Shown: positions 13,330-27,292 of the stretch, in pieces | Numbering within the stretch: position 1 is the first letter of the stretch | Layout: each line of letters begins with the position of its first letter | NCBI RefSeq assembly: GCF_006345805.1 | Contig: NC_043007.1 | Span: 16,430,001-16,494,000, forward strand | Direction of reading: 5' to 3' | Source: Octopus sinensis | Lineage: Eukaryota | Length of the DNA stretch: 64,000 nt | The notes under the pieces: generated by a model | Seen by the model: the letters and a program-made list of their open reading frames with translations, nothing else | Database searches by the model: none | Told to the model about the DNA's origin: nothing | Made by a program: the position numbers and the translations under genes

Positions 13330-13680
13330 TGCACACACATACACACTACACACACATACAAACACACACAAATGCACACATACACACAAGTGCACACATA
13401 CACACAAACACACACACACTCCAGACATGCAGCACACACACACACACACACAGACCACACACACACACACACACACACACACTCTCCAGACATGCAGCAC
13501 ACATACACACACACCACACGAACATACACATGCAGACACACAAACACACACTGATGCACATACACCACACATATACCACACACACACACCACACATACCA
13601 CACATACACGCCACACACACATACACCACACACACACACACACACACACATACCACACACACACATGCACATGACATACA
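13330..13680. repeat. Compound (CA)n-rich microsatellite
   Basis: Direct reading; explains the HT/VC-rich spurious ORFs. Confidence 0.95.
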
Positions 13681-13893
13681 TTCTCTCAATGCAAATATTG
13701 ATAAATTGATTTTCATAAAATTAATCTTAACAACTTAATTTTCATAAAAAGTTTTGGTGTTGGATTAACTTTCCTAATGCCATCCCGTCTCAGACTACTC
13801 TTTCATATTTAGACGAAAATCTGAATTAAAATCTCATTATAGCACAAACGATAACACAAGTATTCACTTGGTCTGCTTCAGTACAATATTTTT

Positions 13894-13984
13894 GCGGCTG
13901 AAGAAAGCTTTAAACCATCTTTTATATCAATAATACACTGATGTAATAACGAGTTGTTTATAAAGCTTGAAACACGTGTACCGT
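13894..13984 (+). ncRNA. Type I hammerhead ribozyme motif (Penelope-like element type)
   Basis: GCGG-CTGAAGA-AAGCTTTA...TAAAGCTT-GAAA-CACGTGTA-CCGT; palindromic stem III ACACGTGT; predicted cleavage after GTA (13980). Confidence 0.7.
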
Positions 13985-14877
13985 GATATCCTTTGTGTTC
14001 TGTTTTTAATTTATATTTGATATATTCTCTCTCACCTCTGCCACTATCTGGCATATACAGGTGCTTACACTTATCAGGTATTCACTCTAAATTTACTGTA
14101 CCTACTTGTACATCCATACACATATAGTCGTGAATGGGTTAAAGTCCATGTTGGAAAAAATTAATTTATGATCAAATTAAATCTACCTTGAGGACGTAAT
14201 TTCTTATACTAGAAGTGTGATCCCTCTATCCTGTACATAATGATAATGTTTTAATTTGAGATGAAACACTTTATTCTCTTTAACTCAATCTGCCTTGCTC
14301 CAGATTGATGTCGTACTTGACTAGTTTATGCTAGAGAAGGCATCCAACTGTAAAACTCGCTTGTGTCCCAATCTGTAATGCTATGGAACTCACTGTAGCA
14401 TGGTAGAATTGCTCTAGGAATGTTAAAGAAAATGGTAATAAATTTGCTGTCAGTCTTCTGTGGTGTTTGTCCGCTTGTCTAAACAGAGCTGTGTGGAAGA
14501 GTCTGCTTCAAGCAATTGTGGATTCAAAGCTTCTGTAATATGAAAAACATTGTTTTAATCATATTGAAAAAACATTTTATTTCAGCTTTTGTATTATTTT
14601 GGTTCTTAAAACATAAGAGATTAAAATATCTTTTTCTCTGCACGAAAACTACAAAATATATATATATAACCAAACGACTTCAAATATTTTAATTAATATA
14701 ATGTTTTAATTAATGTCAATGTTACAAGATATTATAAACAAGAATCTTAGACAGGAAAGAAAGAAGGAAAAAAACAAGTCTTGTCAGTCTGTTTCTTTCT
14801 CTGTCTCAAATTAATGTCTGATATTATTTACAAAATGTATGTTCGACTTATCAATTAGAAATATCTAAATGTTTCTA

Positions 14878-15110
14878 CATTCTCTCTCTCTCTCTCTCTC
14901 TCTCTCCTCTCTTTCTCTCTTTCTATCTCTCCCCTCTTTCTCTCTCTCTATCGCTATCTCCCCTCTCTTTCTCTCTTTCTCTCTCCCCTCTCTTTCTATC
15001 TCTCTTTCTTTCTATCTCTCCCCTCTTTCTCTCTCTCTCTTTCTCTCTCTCCCCTCTCTTTTTTTCTTTCTCCCTCCCCCCTCTATCTGTCTCTCTCTCT
15101 CCCCCTCCTA
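14878..15110. repeat. (CT)n-rich polypyrimidine microsatellite
   Basis: Direct reading. Confidence 0.95.
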
Positions 15111-17481
15111 CTGAACCCAAAGCAACAATTTCAATCTCCAATGTTACTTTCCTTTAATGAAAATAACTAATCATTACTTCTTTTTTTCTCTGTTTTCTTC
15201 ATTTTTTTATAGTTTTTCCTTTTTTCTTTCTTTTTCTCTTCTCAATGAAGGTACGTAGCCCAGTGGTTAAGGTGTTGGGTTCATAATCATTAGGTATTGA
15301 GTTCAATTTCTGAACCAGGTAGCACACTGTGTTCTTGAGCAAGCCACTTCACTTCAAGTTACTCAATGAGTCCCAGTGACTCCTTGTGGTTAACCTTACA
15401 ACAGATTGATGTCCTATTCAAAGGGGGTTTTAGGATTTCAGTCTAAAAATACCCTGAAAATCCTCATAAGCTCCTACATCATGAGATTATGACCCTTTTC
15501 TTCAAACTCTTTTCCTGTCTTTCCTGGACATTGTTATTTTGTATCTGATTTTAAGCAATTGTAATATATATATACACACACACACAGAGTTAATATTATA
15601 TTGAAAGCAAACAAATTCACAGGTTACATCATGGAAGAGTCATCTTAGCCAATCTAAAAACACACAAAATCAGCGAGTCCGCTGCCCTAACCACTGGGCC
15701 ATTGCACCTCCACAAATGCGCCCTTTTAAAGCCTAGCCAGGCTCATGGCTCCGGTTTCCTGGTTTCAATGGCATACGACGTGTTCCCCAGCTAGACAGGA
15801 TGCCAGTCCATTGCAGCGTTACTCATTTTTGCCAGCTGAGTGGACTGGAGCAACATGAAATGAAGTGTTTTGCTCAAGAATACATGTTGCCTGATCCAGG
15901 AATCGAAACCACAATCTTTATGATCATGATGCTGACACCCTGACCCCTAAGCCACGCGCTTCCACACAATGTTATTTGAAAAGTAAATAATCACATCATC
16001 AAAATTTTGAAGCTACAAAATAATTCATAATTAATTCAAATCAATATGAATAAATAAGCATTACATTTGACAGAGTAATCTAAATGCTTAAGGGTTAAGG
16101 CAAGCTCAGATCAAATTAATAATCAAATAAATAGAACTCTTAAAACTCATAATTAAGGATTCACAAATTTGAAATTAGTCTTAGAATTGATTTTAAGAAC
16201 CCTGTTGCTTTTATTTTTGTCTGTTTCTTTTTTTAAAATTATTTTTGTTAGTGATTATATTAGTGACCTTAATACAATGCAGCAAAACAACATCTATGTA
16301 ATTGAACAACAGTGTAACAATAACAGAACAATAGTGTAAAAGAATAACAGTGCTACAGAATAACAGTTACATAAAACAAAATATAACATACTGTATTTGA
16401 TGGCATAAAAGATACACAAGCATATTAGATGTAACCCAGTTTCAGCAGTACCAATTTCAAAGAAATATGTTAGCCCATTAAACCATGTAATACTTAAAGT
16501 AAATTGTCATCTAAGACCTAGGGTGGCTTTTTTTAGATACTTTTTTTGAAAAAGTACCTCATATGCTATCAAAAACTGCACATATATAAGTGCAGCCACA
16601 GGTGCGTGGCTAAGAAGTTTGCCCCTCAACCTCATAATTTTAGGTTCAGTCCCATTGTGTGGTACATTAAAAAATCTGCTTCCTCTAATCCATGAAGTGA
16701 CCAATGCATTGTGAGGGTCAAACAGAATTTAAGGCAGATCTTCTTTGGTTGGAGGCCTTAACTGTCGCTCACCATCTCTTGTTTCTAAGCAAGATAATAT
16801 TTCTCCATGGCCTTGCATGGTTTTCACAGAAAAATGGAAATGGACAACACTGCTTGGATGAGGGTGATGCTTGTTTACAGCTATCTCACATTTTTTTTTT
16901 TTAAAGTGCATTCTATATGCCATCAAATACTGCACATATGTGGATGCAGCCGTAGATGTGAGGGCAAGAAGTTTGCTTTTCAACCATGAGATTTCATGTC
17001 TAGTTCCATTGCGTGACTCATTGGAAAATTAACTTCTACTATATCTCTGGGCTGACCAATGCCTTATGAGGGAATTTGGTAGAAGGATATCTATGGAAAA
17101 ACACACACACACCAAAAAAAAAAAAATTGTTCTATTCTTTTGAATACCACCATTTTGATGATATGAAATAGTTGATAAACTTTCCAAATCCTGGGAGGAT
17201 GAAAGAAACCCTTTGATCCTGATAGAATTTAAATTCAAAATGTTAAGAAATATTGTACTGTATTTACCAATTCTCTCTTTTACTACTTTAATAGTAATTG
17301 ATGTTAATGGTAGCCTTTATTAATTACTCTGATACTTAATGTTAATAATTTCATGATAATACATAATTTTAATAATTCTAAAAAGTAATTTTTAACTATG
17401 ATTGTTAATAAGAAAAAAAAAATTCTTATTGATTCTCCTTTTGATAATATCAATTTTTAATCTCATTTTCTTCCTTCCTAG

Positions 17482-17493
17482 CTTGAGATGAAG
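17482..17493 (+). CDS. Candidate 12-nt in-frame micro-exon (LEMK) in the calpain His-Asn intron
   Basis: tctcattttcttccttcctag acceptor and AAG|GTAAAT donor, phase 0/0 matching the host intron. No transcript evidence. Confidence 0.35.
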
Positions 17494-19790
17494 GTAAATT
17501 TGCCGAAGTCTTTTGAAAATCCTGTGAAGTTTGTCATGACTTATGTCTGTCTTCCCCACTACTTCCACCAAAACCCTTTTTCAGACTAACTATGAAAATA
17601 TCTGTCCCTATTTCACTGCAGCTGTTTCCCACCCCTCTCGTCTCCACCCCCACAATTTTTATCCAATTTCTACTATTGCTGTGCAGCACTGTGTTACTCA
17701 AGAACTAAGACACATTGTTTTTTTTTTTTTTCTATATGTGTTCTTGTATTTACCAAACTGTAAATGGTTATTTTCTTGGTTTTCATGTCCAACTTCCTTC
17801 TTCCTTCTCAGTGAAATTGTGTGTTACCATTCCTCACATTATATGCAGAAAATCAAGGGGTACCATTCTCTACTGTAAGCAATAAGTTCTTTGTACAGGT
17901 TTGAATACAATCAAGCCAGTACTGCAAGATATGAAAGATTTTTGGACCACAAATTTATAGAGTACCATTGTTCATAGTTATGTCCATTACCAAGGCACTT
18001 AACAGTCAAGAGCTCTGTCCATCTACTGTAAATATGCACCACATGGTGGTGTAACAGTTTCGCTGTTACTTTACAGTTTAGGTAATGGTAAAACTATAAA
18101 AGACACAAGTGTTTTATTATTGTCTTGTGGTGAGTTCAAACCAATCATTTTGTTGATATGACATCCTCTCTCAAGAGACAGAGTTTAGATATTGGGCTGG
18201 CAACTTTCTCCTCACAGAAAACACTCACAGTTTTACAAAAACTAATGACAAATTAGACGTGCATAAATTAGGATGGGATGTGTATAAATGAATGATAATA
18301 AGGAGGAGGAGGAATAAATATGGGCTTCAAAAAACTAATAGAAGAAATATGAGACCAACTAAAGCTTAAATTTTGCATACATGTATGAGGCTGTGTGTCT
18401 GTATAGCAAGTGACTGTCAGAAGGGGAAATTATGAATAAAGCAATAGGACTGTGGTAAGTTTTTGTGGCAAACCACATTTGTGATCCCTGTCTCTCCTGG
18501 TTTCAATCTTTGTGCCAATTCCCTCATAATACTAATAACTTTAGGGAAAAACACAAACATCATGACCTTCATACTCTATTTTTTTTTGCTCTTTTTTTTA
18601 TATTTTTTCACTTTTTAAAGTCCCAGCCTCGTCTGGCACCTGTGTCGGTGGCACATAAAATCACCCACTACACTCTCGGAGTGGTTGGCGTTAGGAAGGG
18701 CATCCAGCTGTAGAAACACTGCCAGATCTGACTGGCCTGGTGCAGCCTCCGGGCTTCCCAGACCCCAGTTGAACCGTCCAACCCATGCTAGCATGGAAAG
18801 CGGACGTTAAATGATGAACAGTTTCAAGTCTTTATTGATCCATTACAAGTTTGGAGAGACTATTTCATGGCATTTATTAAGTCAATATTTACTTTCTTGT
18901 ATAAGCATGAAGAAATAATTAGACACAAATCCATCACTCAACTTGCCTGATAAAGCTAGACACCTTTTCTAATCCACAGTCAAATTATTAATATTAGGAA
19001 TAAGATCTTATAGTGAAACGACTTTATCATCCAACCCAGGCTTGTAAGGTAACAGAGACAGAAACAAAAGATAATGAAGAAAGACAAAAAAAAGGGTTTA
19101 ACCCTCTCCCTGTCCAAAGCATTTTCATAAGTTTGTCATTAAACGTTCATGCTCGTTATAGACTTTTCAGTAGCCGTTGTCTTATACGTTATGAGTAATA
19201 TAAAACTTGGCGTTTGTAAAGTACCAAGTTACTCTGAGGGTTGAAAGAAATTGGGTTTGTGCATCATACATGATGCATGGGTACCAGGGAAGTCGAAATT
19301 CAAATATATAAATGTTTATAGGGTGAATTATAATGCTGGTAAATCTTGTTTCCTCTATATGAATGTAGTAAATGAAAATGCATTTGATTAAATTCTAGGT
19401 TTGAGCTATTAATAATCTTCAACTGAAAATTCAGTTTGGTTATGGAAAAATATAATAATAATTTGGTTTTGATTTAGTTTTGATCAGTGAAGATTTTCCA
19501 TTTCTGTGTGTGTGTATGTACACACATGCACACACATACAGATATGTATACATGCTTACATATACTCTTTACTCTTTTACTTGTTTCAGTCATTTGACTG
19601 CAGCCATGCTGGAGCACCTCCTTCAGTCGAGTAAATCGACCCCAGGACTTATTCTTTTGAAGCCTAGTACTTATTCTATCGGCTTCTTTTGCCGAACTGC
19701 TAAGTTACAGGGATGTAAACACACCAGCATAGGTTGTCAAGCGATGTTTTTTTTTGGGGGGGGGGGGCAAACACAGACACACAAACATAT

Positions 19791-19821
<31 letters not shown>

Positions 19822-21904
19822 CGATGGGCTTCTTCCAGTTTTCGTCTACCAAATCCACTTACAAGGCTTTGGTCGGCCCGAGGCTATTGTAGAAGAAGAC
19901 ACTTGCCCAAGGTGCCACACAGTGGGACTGAACCCAGAACCATGTGGTTCATAAGCAAGCTACTTAACACACAGCCACTCCTACGCCTATTTGTGCAAAT
20001 TTGTTTATTATATATGGACAGAAAGATGGATAGTGTGTGTGTGTGTGTGTGTGCAGCTTGACAAACATGAGAAGGCAAATGGAATATTATGCCAGCCATA
20101 TCTCTCTCTTGAACACAAAACCAGGCTGCATATGAAAGTATTGCACCCAAGAATCTAAAACAAAACAACGCAAGTTCCATTGACTGTACACTAACCCTTG
20201 CCACCCTCTCTAGCTTTACACCAATCTTACTAAGACATGAGGTTAGTAATAAGAGAGTGTCGGTTAGAGGTTGACATATTTAACATAGTAAGCATTAAAA
20301 AGCTAACTAGAAATAATTATGCAAATAATGGAAAGACAGTATTAGAACTTGATTAATATCATTAGATGTTAATATTAATACTGATAACACTAACGTGGGG
20401 CTTCAAAGTAATTTCGCTGAGTAATTTATTCACAAGTAAATCAAGATGGTTATGGTTATATTAGAAAAGATATTGCACGAAATGTCTGTCATTTTGCCAG
20501 CTCAAGAAGTGTGAACACGGGAAGGTTGTTATGTGGAGCAGAGATGGAGATGACGTGTCAGGTTCTGCTAGCATTCTTCATTCTAAGCAAAGTCATTAAA
20601 CCGTTCTTTTACATATGAGTGGTTTTATGTTAATGTTCATAAAATTACATAAGAACATACAAATTATATCTATATATATATATATATATACACTCACACA
20701 CATGCACATATACACACACACATGTACATGTGTATGTATGTGTATATATATATATATATATATATAAAATTTAGGGTTTAGCAACAAGTTGCTTCACCAC
20801 ATACCAAAAATTTAGAAATAGCAGCCAAAGACAGCTAATTCTTTTAACTACAAAATATGACTCCACTGGCAATTAAATTAATAATTCTTTACCCTATTTC
20901 TCTAATGTGTATATATATATAAAATACACACACATGCACATACGCACACACATGCACATACACACACACATATACATGTATATGTATATACATATGTATA
21001 TACATATACATGTATATACATACATACATACATACATACATACATACATACATGTGTGTATATGCATGTGTATACCCACACCATAGCTATGGGGCTTGTA
21101 AGTGCTGAAACAAGTAACATTTGCCAAGCTTTGCTCCATTTTTTAGATGCATATATAATTTCAAGCAGCATAAACATGCCTTTGGCCTTCCAACCCTTAG
21201 TGCAATGCAGTAGTGAGTACGTATATATATATATATACACATACATTTTATATATACATATATATGTATGTATTTATTACATCCTGTGGGTGTGCCATAT
21301 ATATTTACCCATTCTTCGTTTTATCATAAAATTAAATGTCTTGGGTTTTAATTAATGGAATTTTACTGGGTGATTGTTATGTTTATTAACAATATTTTAC
21401 ACATATTTACAATTCAAAATGGCCACTCTCTGCCTTCATCACAGCACTTAATTCTTTATAGCAGCCATTTTCAATGCTATAATTTGCTCGCATATTCTTC
21501 GAGCTACCATATTTAATAAAGTGTAAACAATAAAATTAAAGAATTTCAGGAAATATACAACATTTGCAACTATTTTCACAAATAGGAATATTTCAGTTTA
21601 TGTTTGAATAATGGATAAATTATTATGTTTAAATAATGGCTAAATGTATATGCTGCACTGAGTGTAGGCTGGGTCAAAAATCACCAAGCCTGCTTGCATA
21701 TTGCAATCTGTAGGCTTACTCTGCTGGCTTCAGCTGTTGCGCCAACTGCATTTTTGTACTTCGTGAATTTTGGTACTCCCAGTGTACCCTTTGTATGCAT
21801 GAATACGTGCACACCAACTTGCTCACACGCACTTACACCTGTAGGGACATATTGTCACGTTGTTTAGACATTCACTTCACAGTCACCAGGTACTAGGTTC
21901 AATT

Positions 21905-22140
21905 CTTATTTCTTTATTGCCCACAAGGGGCTAAAGATAGAGGGGACAAACAAGGACAGACAAACGGATTAAGTCGATTACATCGACCCCCAGTACATAA
22001 CTGGTACTTAATTTATCGACCCCCAAAAGGATGAAAGGCAAAGTCGACCTCGGCGGAATTTGAACTCAGAACGTAGCGGCAGATGAAATACCATCAAGCA
22101 TTTCGCCTGGCGTGCTAACAATTCTGCCAGCTCACCGCCT
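21905..22140 (-). mobile_element. tRNA-headed SINE (family B), monomer
   Basis: Head GGCG(G/A)(T/C)GAGCTGGCAGAA, B-box GAGTTCAAATTCC, tail AAAGAAATA. Other monomers about 1638-1878(-), 23672-23901(-), 26658-26890(-, approximately duplicated CTTCACTTTCCTTTT flank), 51950-52130(+). Confidence 0.85.
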
Positions 22141-24218
22141 TATCACCAGGTTTAATTCTACTATGGAGCACCTTGACCAACTGTCAAGATGGCACCAAAT
22201 TTTTTTGACTAAAATTGAGTAGATGGAAATTGTGCTGAAGCCCATTGGAAGGACTATACCTGTGATTCAAAGGGGCTCAAACTTGTTACATCACAGTGTC
22301 CCTTTAACTCTGGCCCAAGGATTACATTAATAGTATGAGTTTCTCAGAATACACTTTCTAAGTGGCGTGGTAGCTCCATTGTTTAGATAAAAGCAATGTC
22401 TGATAATCCAACTTACAAATTGATGTAGGGGTGCATATGATGCAATAGAAACTACCATCTGAAGAATTGACTAACAAGATCAATAAATCCATTTTGATTT
22501 GAAGAAAATCATTTTGATTGACGTAAAATCTGTGTTCACCAAATTTCTCAGTTGTCAGATGACGTCTTGGTGAAAGCATCAATGTTGTAATAGACTGAAA
22601 GTCTGAATTTAACAATTCTTCATCATCATCAGTTTTACGTCCTCTTTTCCAAGCTTGCATGAGTTAGATGAGTCCTTTCCAACATAGTGTCTAGCTGTTT
22701 ATTGTATTATTCCTTTGTCATGTCTTTCATGAGGTTCAACATCCTGAAATCAACTTTTCCCACCTCTGCTCACACTTTCCTTGGTCTTCCTTTTGAAGGA
22801 ATATGAATATATAAATGACAGTGTGTGTGATCAATATTTCACACCAGGTCAATTCTAGTTCAGCAGATCCATGATCAAATGCACTCCATCCATGATTAGC
22901 CTTATATTTTTCAGCCACAGTGTACTCCACACTACATTAACCAATGTATCCTATTTTGGAGACAGCAGGATGGCTTTTGCTGGTGATTTAGCAGCTATTT
23001 CTAGCAGGTTGAGCCATGTAGAGACTTCTGATTCCTGTATATATGTTTAGTGATGCAATGACTATTCACTTCAATGTTAATAGCTTTCTTGTTATTAGTT
23101 ATTAATTACTATTAATTACACATTTAATTCAAATCATTAACAGAAATGGCAACTATAAATGTTTAACACTTAACTTAGCTTTATTTCACAGTTCTCGTTA
23201 GAATTAATTATTCACACCTGGCAACGGCACATAGTGGTCTCGATAATGACTCTTTGGAATGCCTCTGATATTGTGCCATTATACAGCAACTACTACCATT
23301 GTTTATCTTGTTTAATCCTGGATTAGCCCAGATTAAACAGATCCATTATTAATGGAACTTCAGCCATGATCCTCCTGTCTAATTCTATATCCAAGTTGAT
23401 ATTATCCAATGTGAGTCTTTTTTTTTTATTTTAAGACTATAAGGCATGACTTGAGGAAATTTGGTTGCTATTTCTTGAAGGTCTAGAAAGCACGTAGAGG
23501 TTCCCTTGTTGGCACTTTAAAGGCAGACATTTTCTGTCAGAGCTTGAACCTCCTATCCGTTGCATTCTTGGCAACCATGTTACCAATAATACTAGTACAC
23601 TCTGTAAAGTGGTTGGCATTAGGAAGGGCACTCAGTGGTAGAAATCAAGCCAAAACACACTGTGGGATCTAATTCTTTACTACCCACAAGGGGCTAAACA
23701 CAGAGAGGACAAACAAGGACAGACAAACAGATTAAGTCAATTATATCGACCCCAGTGTGTAACTGGTACTTATTTAATCGACCCCGAAAGGATGAAAGGC
23801 AAAGTCAACCTCGGCGGAATTTGAACTCAGAATGTAATGGTAGATGAAATACCGCTAAGCATTTCGCCCGGCGTGCTAACGTTTCTGCCAGTTCACCGCC
23901 TTTGGACCTGTGGGACCTGGCATGGCCCCTGGCCTTGCCAGTTGCTGTCAAGCCAGCCAACTTATGCCAGCATGGAAAACGGATGTTAAATGTTGATGAT
24001 GATGATGATGACTACAAAGCAGTTGCCCTTAGATTGTGCCCCAGCTGTATTGTTAAACTTGTGTCTAGATATCTATTCATCTAGAGAGGTAGTGAAGTGT
24101 AGCACCATATTTTAAGCTAAATACGCAAGCTATGTGTGCTAGATGTTCTACTAAAAATAATTCTTGGTTTAGTGGGGAAATTTCTTAGCTCAGTCTATGT
24201 ACTACTCATCAAGGGGTA

Positions 24219-24430
24219 ACATTAGAATAAGTTTATTTGCAGAGCTTAAGTACCTGAAGTAATACAATAGGGAATAATACAATAACGAGACTATAGCAGA
24301 TTATAATTAATTGCTTAGTGTTAGCATCAAGTGTGTAAGGAGGGAAAAACATCTCCATTGTTTTCTCACATCATCAAAGTAAACTGATAAATAATTAGTC
24401 AAGTTACACATACACACACATGCTCATGTG

Positions 24431-24465
<35 letters not shown>

Positions 24466-27292
24466 TCACAGCTACACATTATGAAAACAATGAATACTAA
24501 AAGAATGAAGACAACATGGAGGAAACAGGTTGTAACAAATGCATTAATTTAATGCTTAAAAAGAAGGGAAAGAATCTTGACGTTTTGGAGGTTAGTCCTT
24601 CATCAGAAGATAAAAGAGAGAAATAAAGGAGGGGAGTGAATGAGAAAAAGTGATCGGAGAAAGGAAAGGAAATAATGTTGTCACTTGGGTCATGGGGAGG
24701 TTAACTCCTCTACGGACTATTTATTGCTAACATGGAGCATAAGTTTCATCAGACCTTGTATTTTATCTTGTGCTAAGAAAATAGTGAAGCAATCTGCTTT
24801 CTTCATTACTTCAAGATAGCATCCCCACTGCTCTTTTCCAGTTATTTCTTTCATCTTCTTTCCTTCTTCAAACTAATGTCTACTTATTTCATTTTTCAGC
24901 ATTTAATATTCTTTTCCTCATTGTTTTCTGTCTATCATAAGATCATGTATTGACAATATATTCGTAATGTCTATTCATTTAATGTATAAATAAATATGTA
25001 CACATACATGTTATTATGTTACTGTTCTTTCATGGTAATTTTATATCGATATTTGCTGTGTCTAAATACCATTTCTTTTTCACTGAAATCTTTCAGACAT
25101 TTCTACCAAAATGTTAAATTTCTTTTAAAATATTTTCCTATTTCTTCCCAAAATTATTTTACTAACCTACAATTTCTAAGAACTTTTATGCATGTTCCAC
25201 ATCTATACAGGTTCTTTCTTCCTTTACCCATGTATTTTTTGACTTTTGGTGGGAGGGTAGTATATGTATATAAATATATATAAAATATTTGCTTCTAACA
25301 TTTCAAATTGTATAACTTTCTCAGTGACCTCACATACACATGCACATATGCTTTTCTTTTGAAAAACTATTTCAAATCTTTTGTTTGTTTTCTCCTTCTC
25401 CATATACTTAATAAACTGAGCACAAGAAAGCAGAGTAAGAAGAAAAGGAATAAATTTTATAGTAATTTTTGGATTTAAAAAAAAATATCTTTCTTTTATA
25501 TATAGACATAAAATTTGGAAAATTTAATTTTATAAGTTTGTATTTAAATAACAAGAAAGTGGATTAAATTTAGAAAAAACCAGAAGAAAATATTAAAAAT
25601 TGCTTTAATCTTGCTTCTTATCTCTTAATGATTAAAGTTATTCATTGTAAAAATTTATATATATATATATGTGTTTGTTGTGCTATTGCAAGTAGATAAT
25701 AATTACATTGAATTAAGTTATATTTTCCATTAGATTTCCAATGTTTTTTAATTGAAAATCTTTTATTGTATTATATTACTAAATCTATGTTTCTTGAACC
25801 AAAGGTTGAAATTGAAACTCCAAGAAAGAAAGGCAAGATACCAATGGTGAGAATCCGTAACCCATGGGGTGAAAGTGAATGGAATGGCGCATGGAGTGAC
25901 CAGTAAGTTTTTGCTTGTTTTTCTCCTATATCACTATCATATCTCATCTTCTTCCCCAACAGAAATATCCAACCACATAAAACTTAGCTACATCATCATC
26001 ATCATCATCGTTTAACATCCGTTTTCCATGCTAGCATGGGTTGGATGGTTCGACTTGGGTCTGAGAAGCCAGGAGGCTGCGCCAGGCTCCAGTCTGATCT
26101 GGCAGTGTTTCTACAGCTGGATGCCCTTCCTAATGCCAACCACTCCATGAGTGTAGTGGGTGCTTTTTACGTGCCACCGGCACAGGGGCCAGATGAGGCT
26201 GGCAAATGGCCATGATCGGTTGGTGCTTTTTACGTGTTACCAACACGGATGCCAGTCAAGCGGTGTTGGCATCAGCCACATTTGGATGGTGCTTTTTATA
26301 TACCACCGGCACGGGTATCATTTTTACACATTTGTTTGATTCATCATCATAAACATCAGCATTATCCATTTTTCCAAACTTCTGCAGGTCAGGTGTTCTC
26401 CATCATTAACACCTCCCTTATCTGCTGTCACCCTCAATGCTTTCCCATATTTACTGAAACCTCTCTTATATTTCTCTTCATCGATTGCTACAATCACTTT
26501 TAGCTTGCCCATTCACCAAGTCCAAGCCTCTATTTCACCTCACCTATTCTCACCACCCCTGATGTCCCCGTGGGCATGTCCTAACTAATCTTCACGATTA
26601 TCTCTCTCACTATTGCTCTCCTTATCTTATCTCACTTTCTACTTCACTTTCCTTTTTCTTATTTCTTTATTGCCCACAAGGAGCTAAACATAGAGGGGAG
26701 AAAAAAGGACAGACAAAGGGATTAAGTCGATTACATCGACCCCAGTGTGTAACTGGTACTTATTTAATCGACCCCAAAAGGATGAAAGGCAAAGTTGACC
26801 TTGGCGGAATTTGAACTCAGAACATAACGGCAGACGAATTACCGCTAAGTATTTTGCCCAGCGTGCTAACGATTCTGCCAGTTTACTGCCTTCACTTTCC
26901 TTTTCTTTTCAACTGGGATATCCATGTATGTACAGCAAAACCCCTATCTCTATCCCTCATTACCTTTAATCTCTCAAAAGATACAAAGTCACATTAGAAT
27001 AAGTTTATTTGTAGTGCTTAAGTACCTGAAGTAATACAATAAGGAATAATACAATAGAGAGACTATATTGGATTACAATTAATTGCTTAGTGTTAGCATC
27101 AAGTGTGTAAGGAGGGAAAAATATCTCCATTGTTTTCTCACCTCATCACATAGTAAACTGATAAATAATTAGCCAAGTTACACATACACACACATGCTCA
27201 TGTGTATACACACACACTCACATCTACATATTATGAAAACAATGAATGCTAAAAGAAAGAAGATAACATGGAGGAAACAAGTTGTAACCAAT
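24219..27292 (+). repeat. About 300-320-bp direct repeats (24219-24540 and 26991-27292) bracketing the catalytic-Asn exon
   Basis: Both begin ACATTAGAATAAGTTTATTTG and end GGAGGAAACA(G/A)GTTGTAAC(A/C)AAT; not seen elsewhere in the window. Confidence 0.88.
25805..25902 (+). CDS. CAPN-like: Calpain exon with catalytic Asn: [32 protein letters not shown](Q)
   Basis: AAG acceptor, GTAAGT donor, 98 nt phase 0 to 2; RNPWG and EWNGAWSD motifs. Not in the + strand ORF track. Confidence 0.96.

Noticed and set aside
13165-13738. Long ORFs rich in H/T or V/C (also 32200-33106, 62758-63374, 5917-6561, 20894-21355)
   Set aside because: Translations of dinucleotide and tetranucleotide microsatellites; no coding signal.
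20549-20560. CRE/ATF-like GATGACGTGTCA site
   Set aside because: Single short imperfect motif, expected by chance in 64 kb.
22358-22660. 100-aa minus-strand ORF (also 26324-26512)
   Set aside because: Both overlap or abut SINE sequence and have no recognisable domain or splice context.
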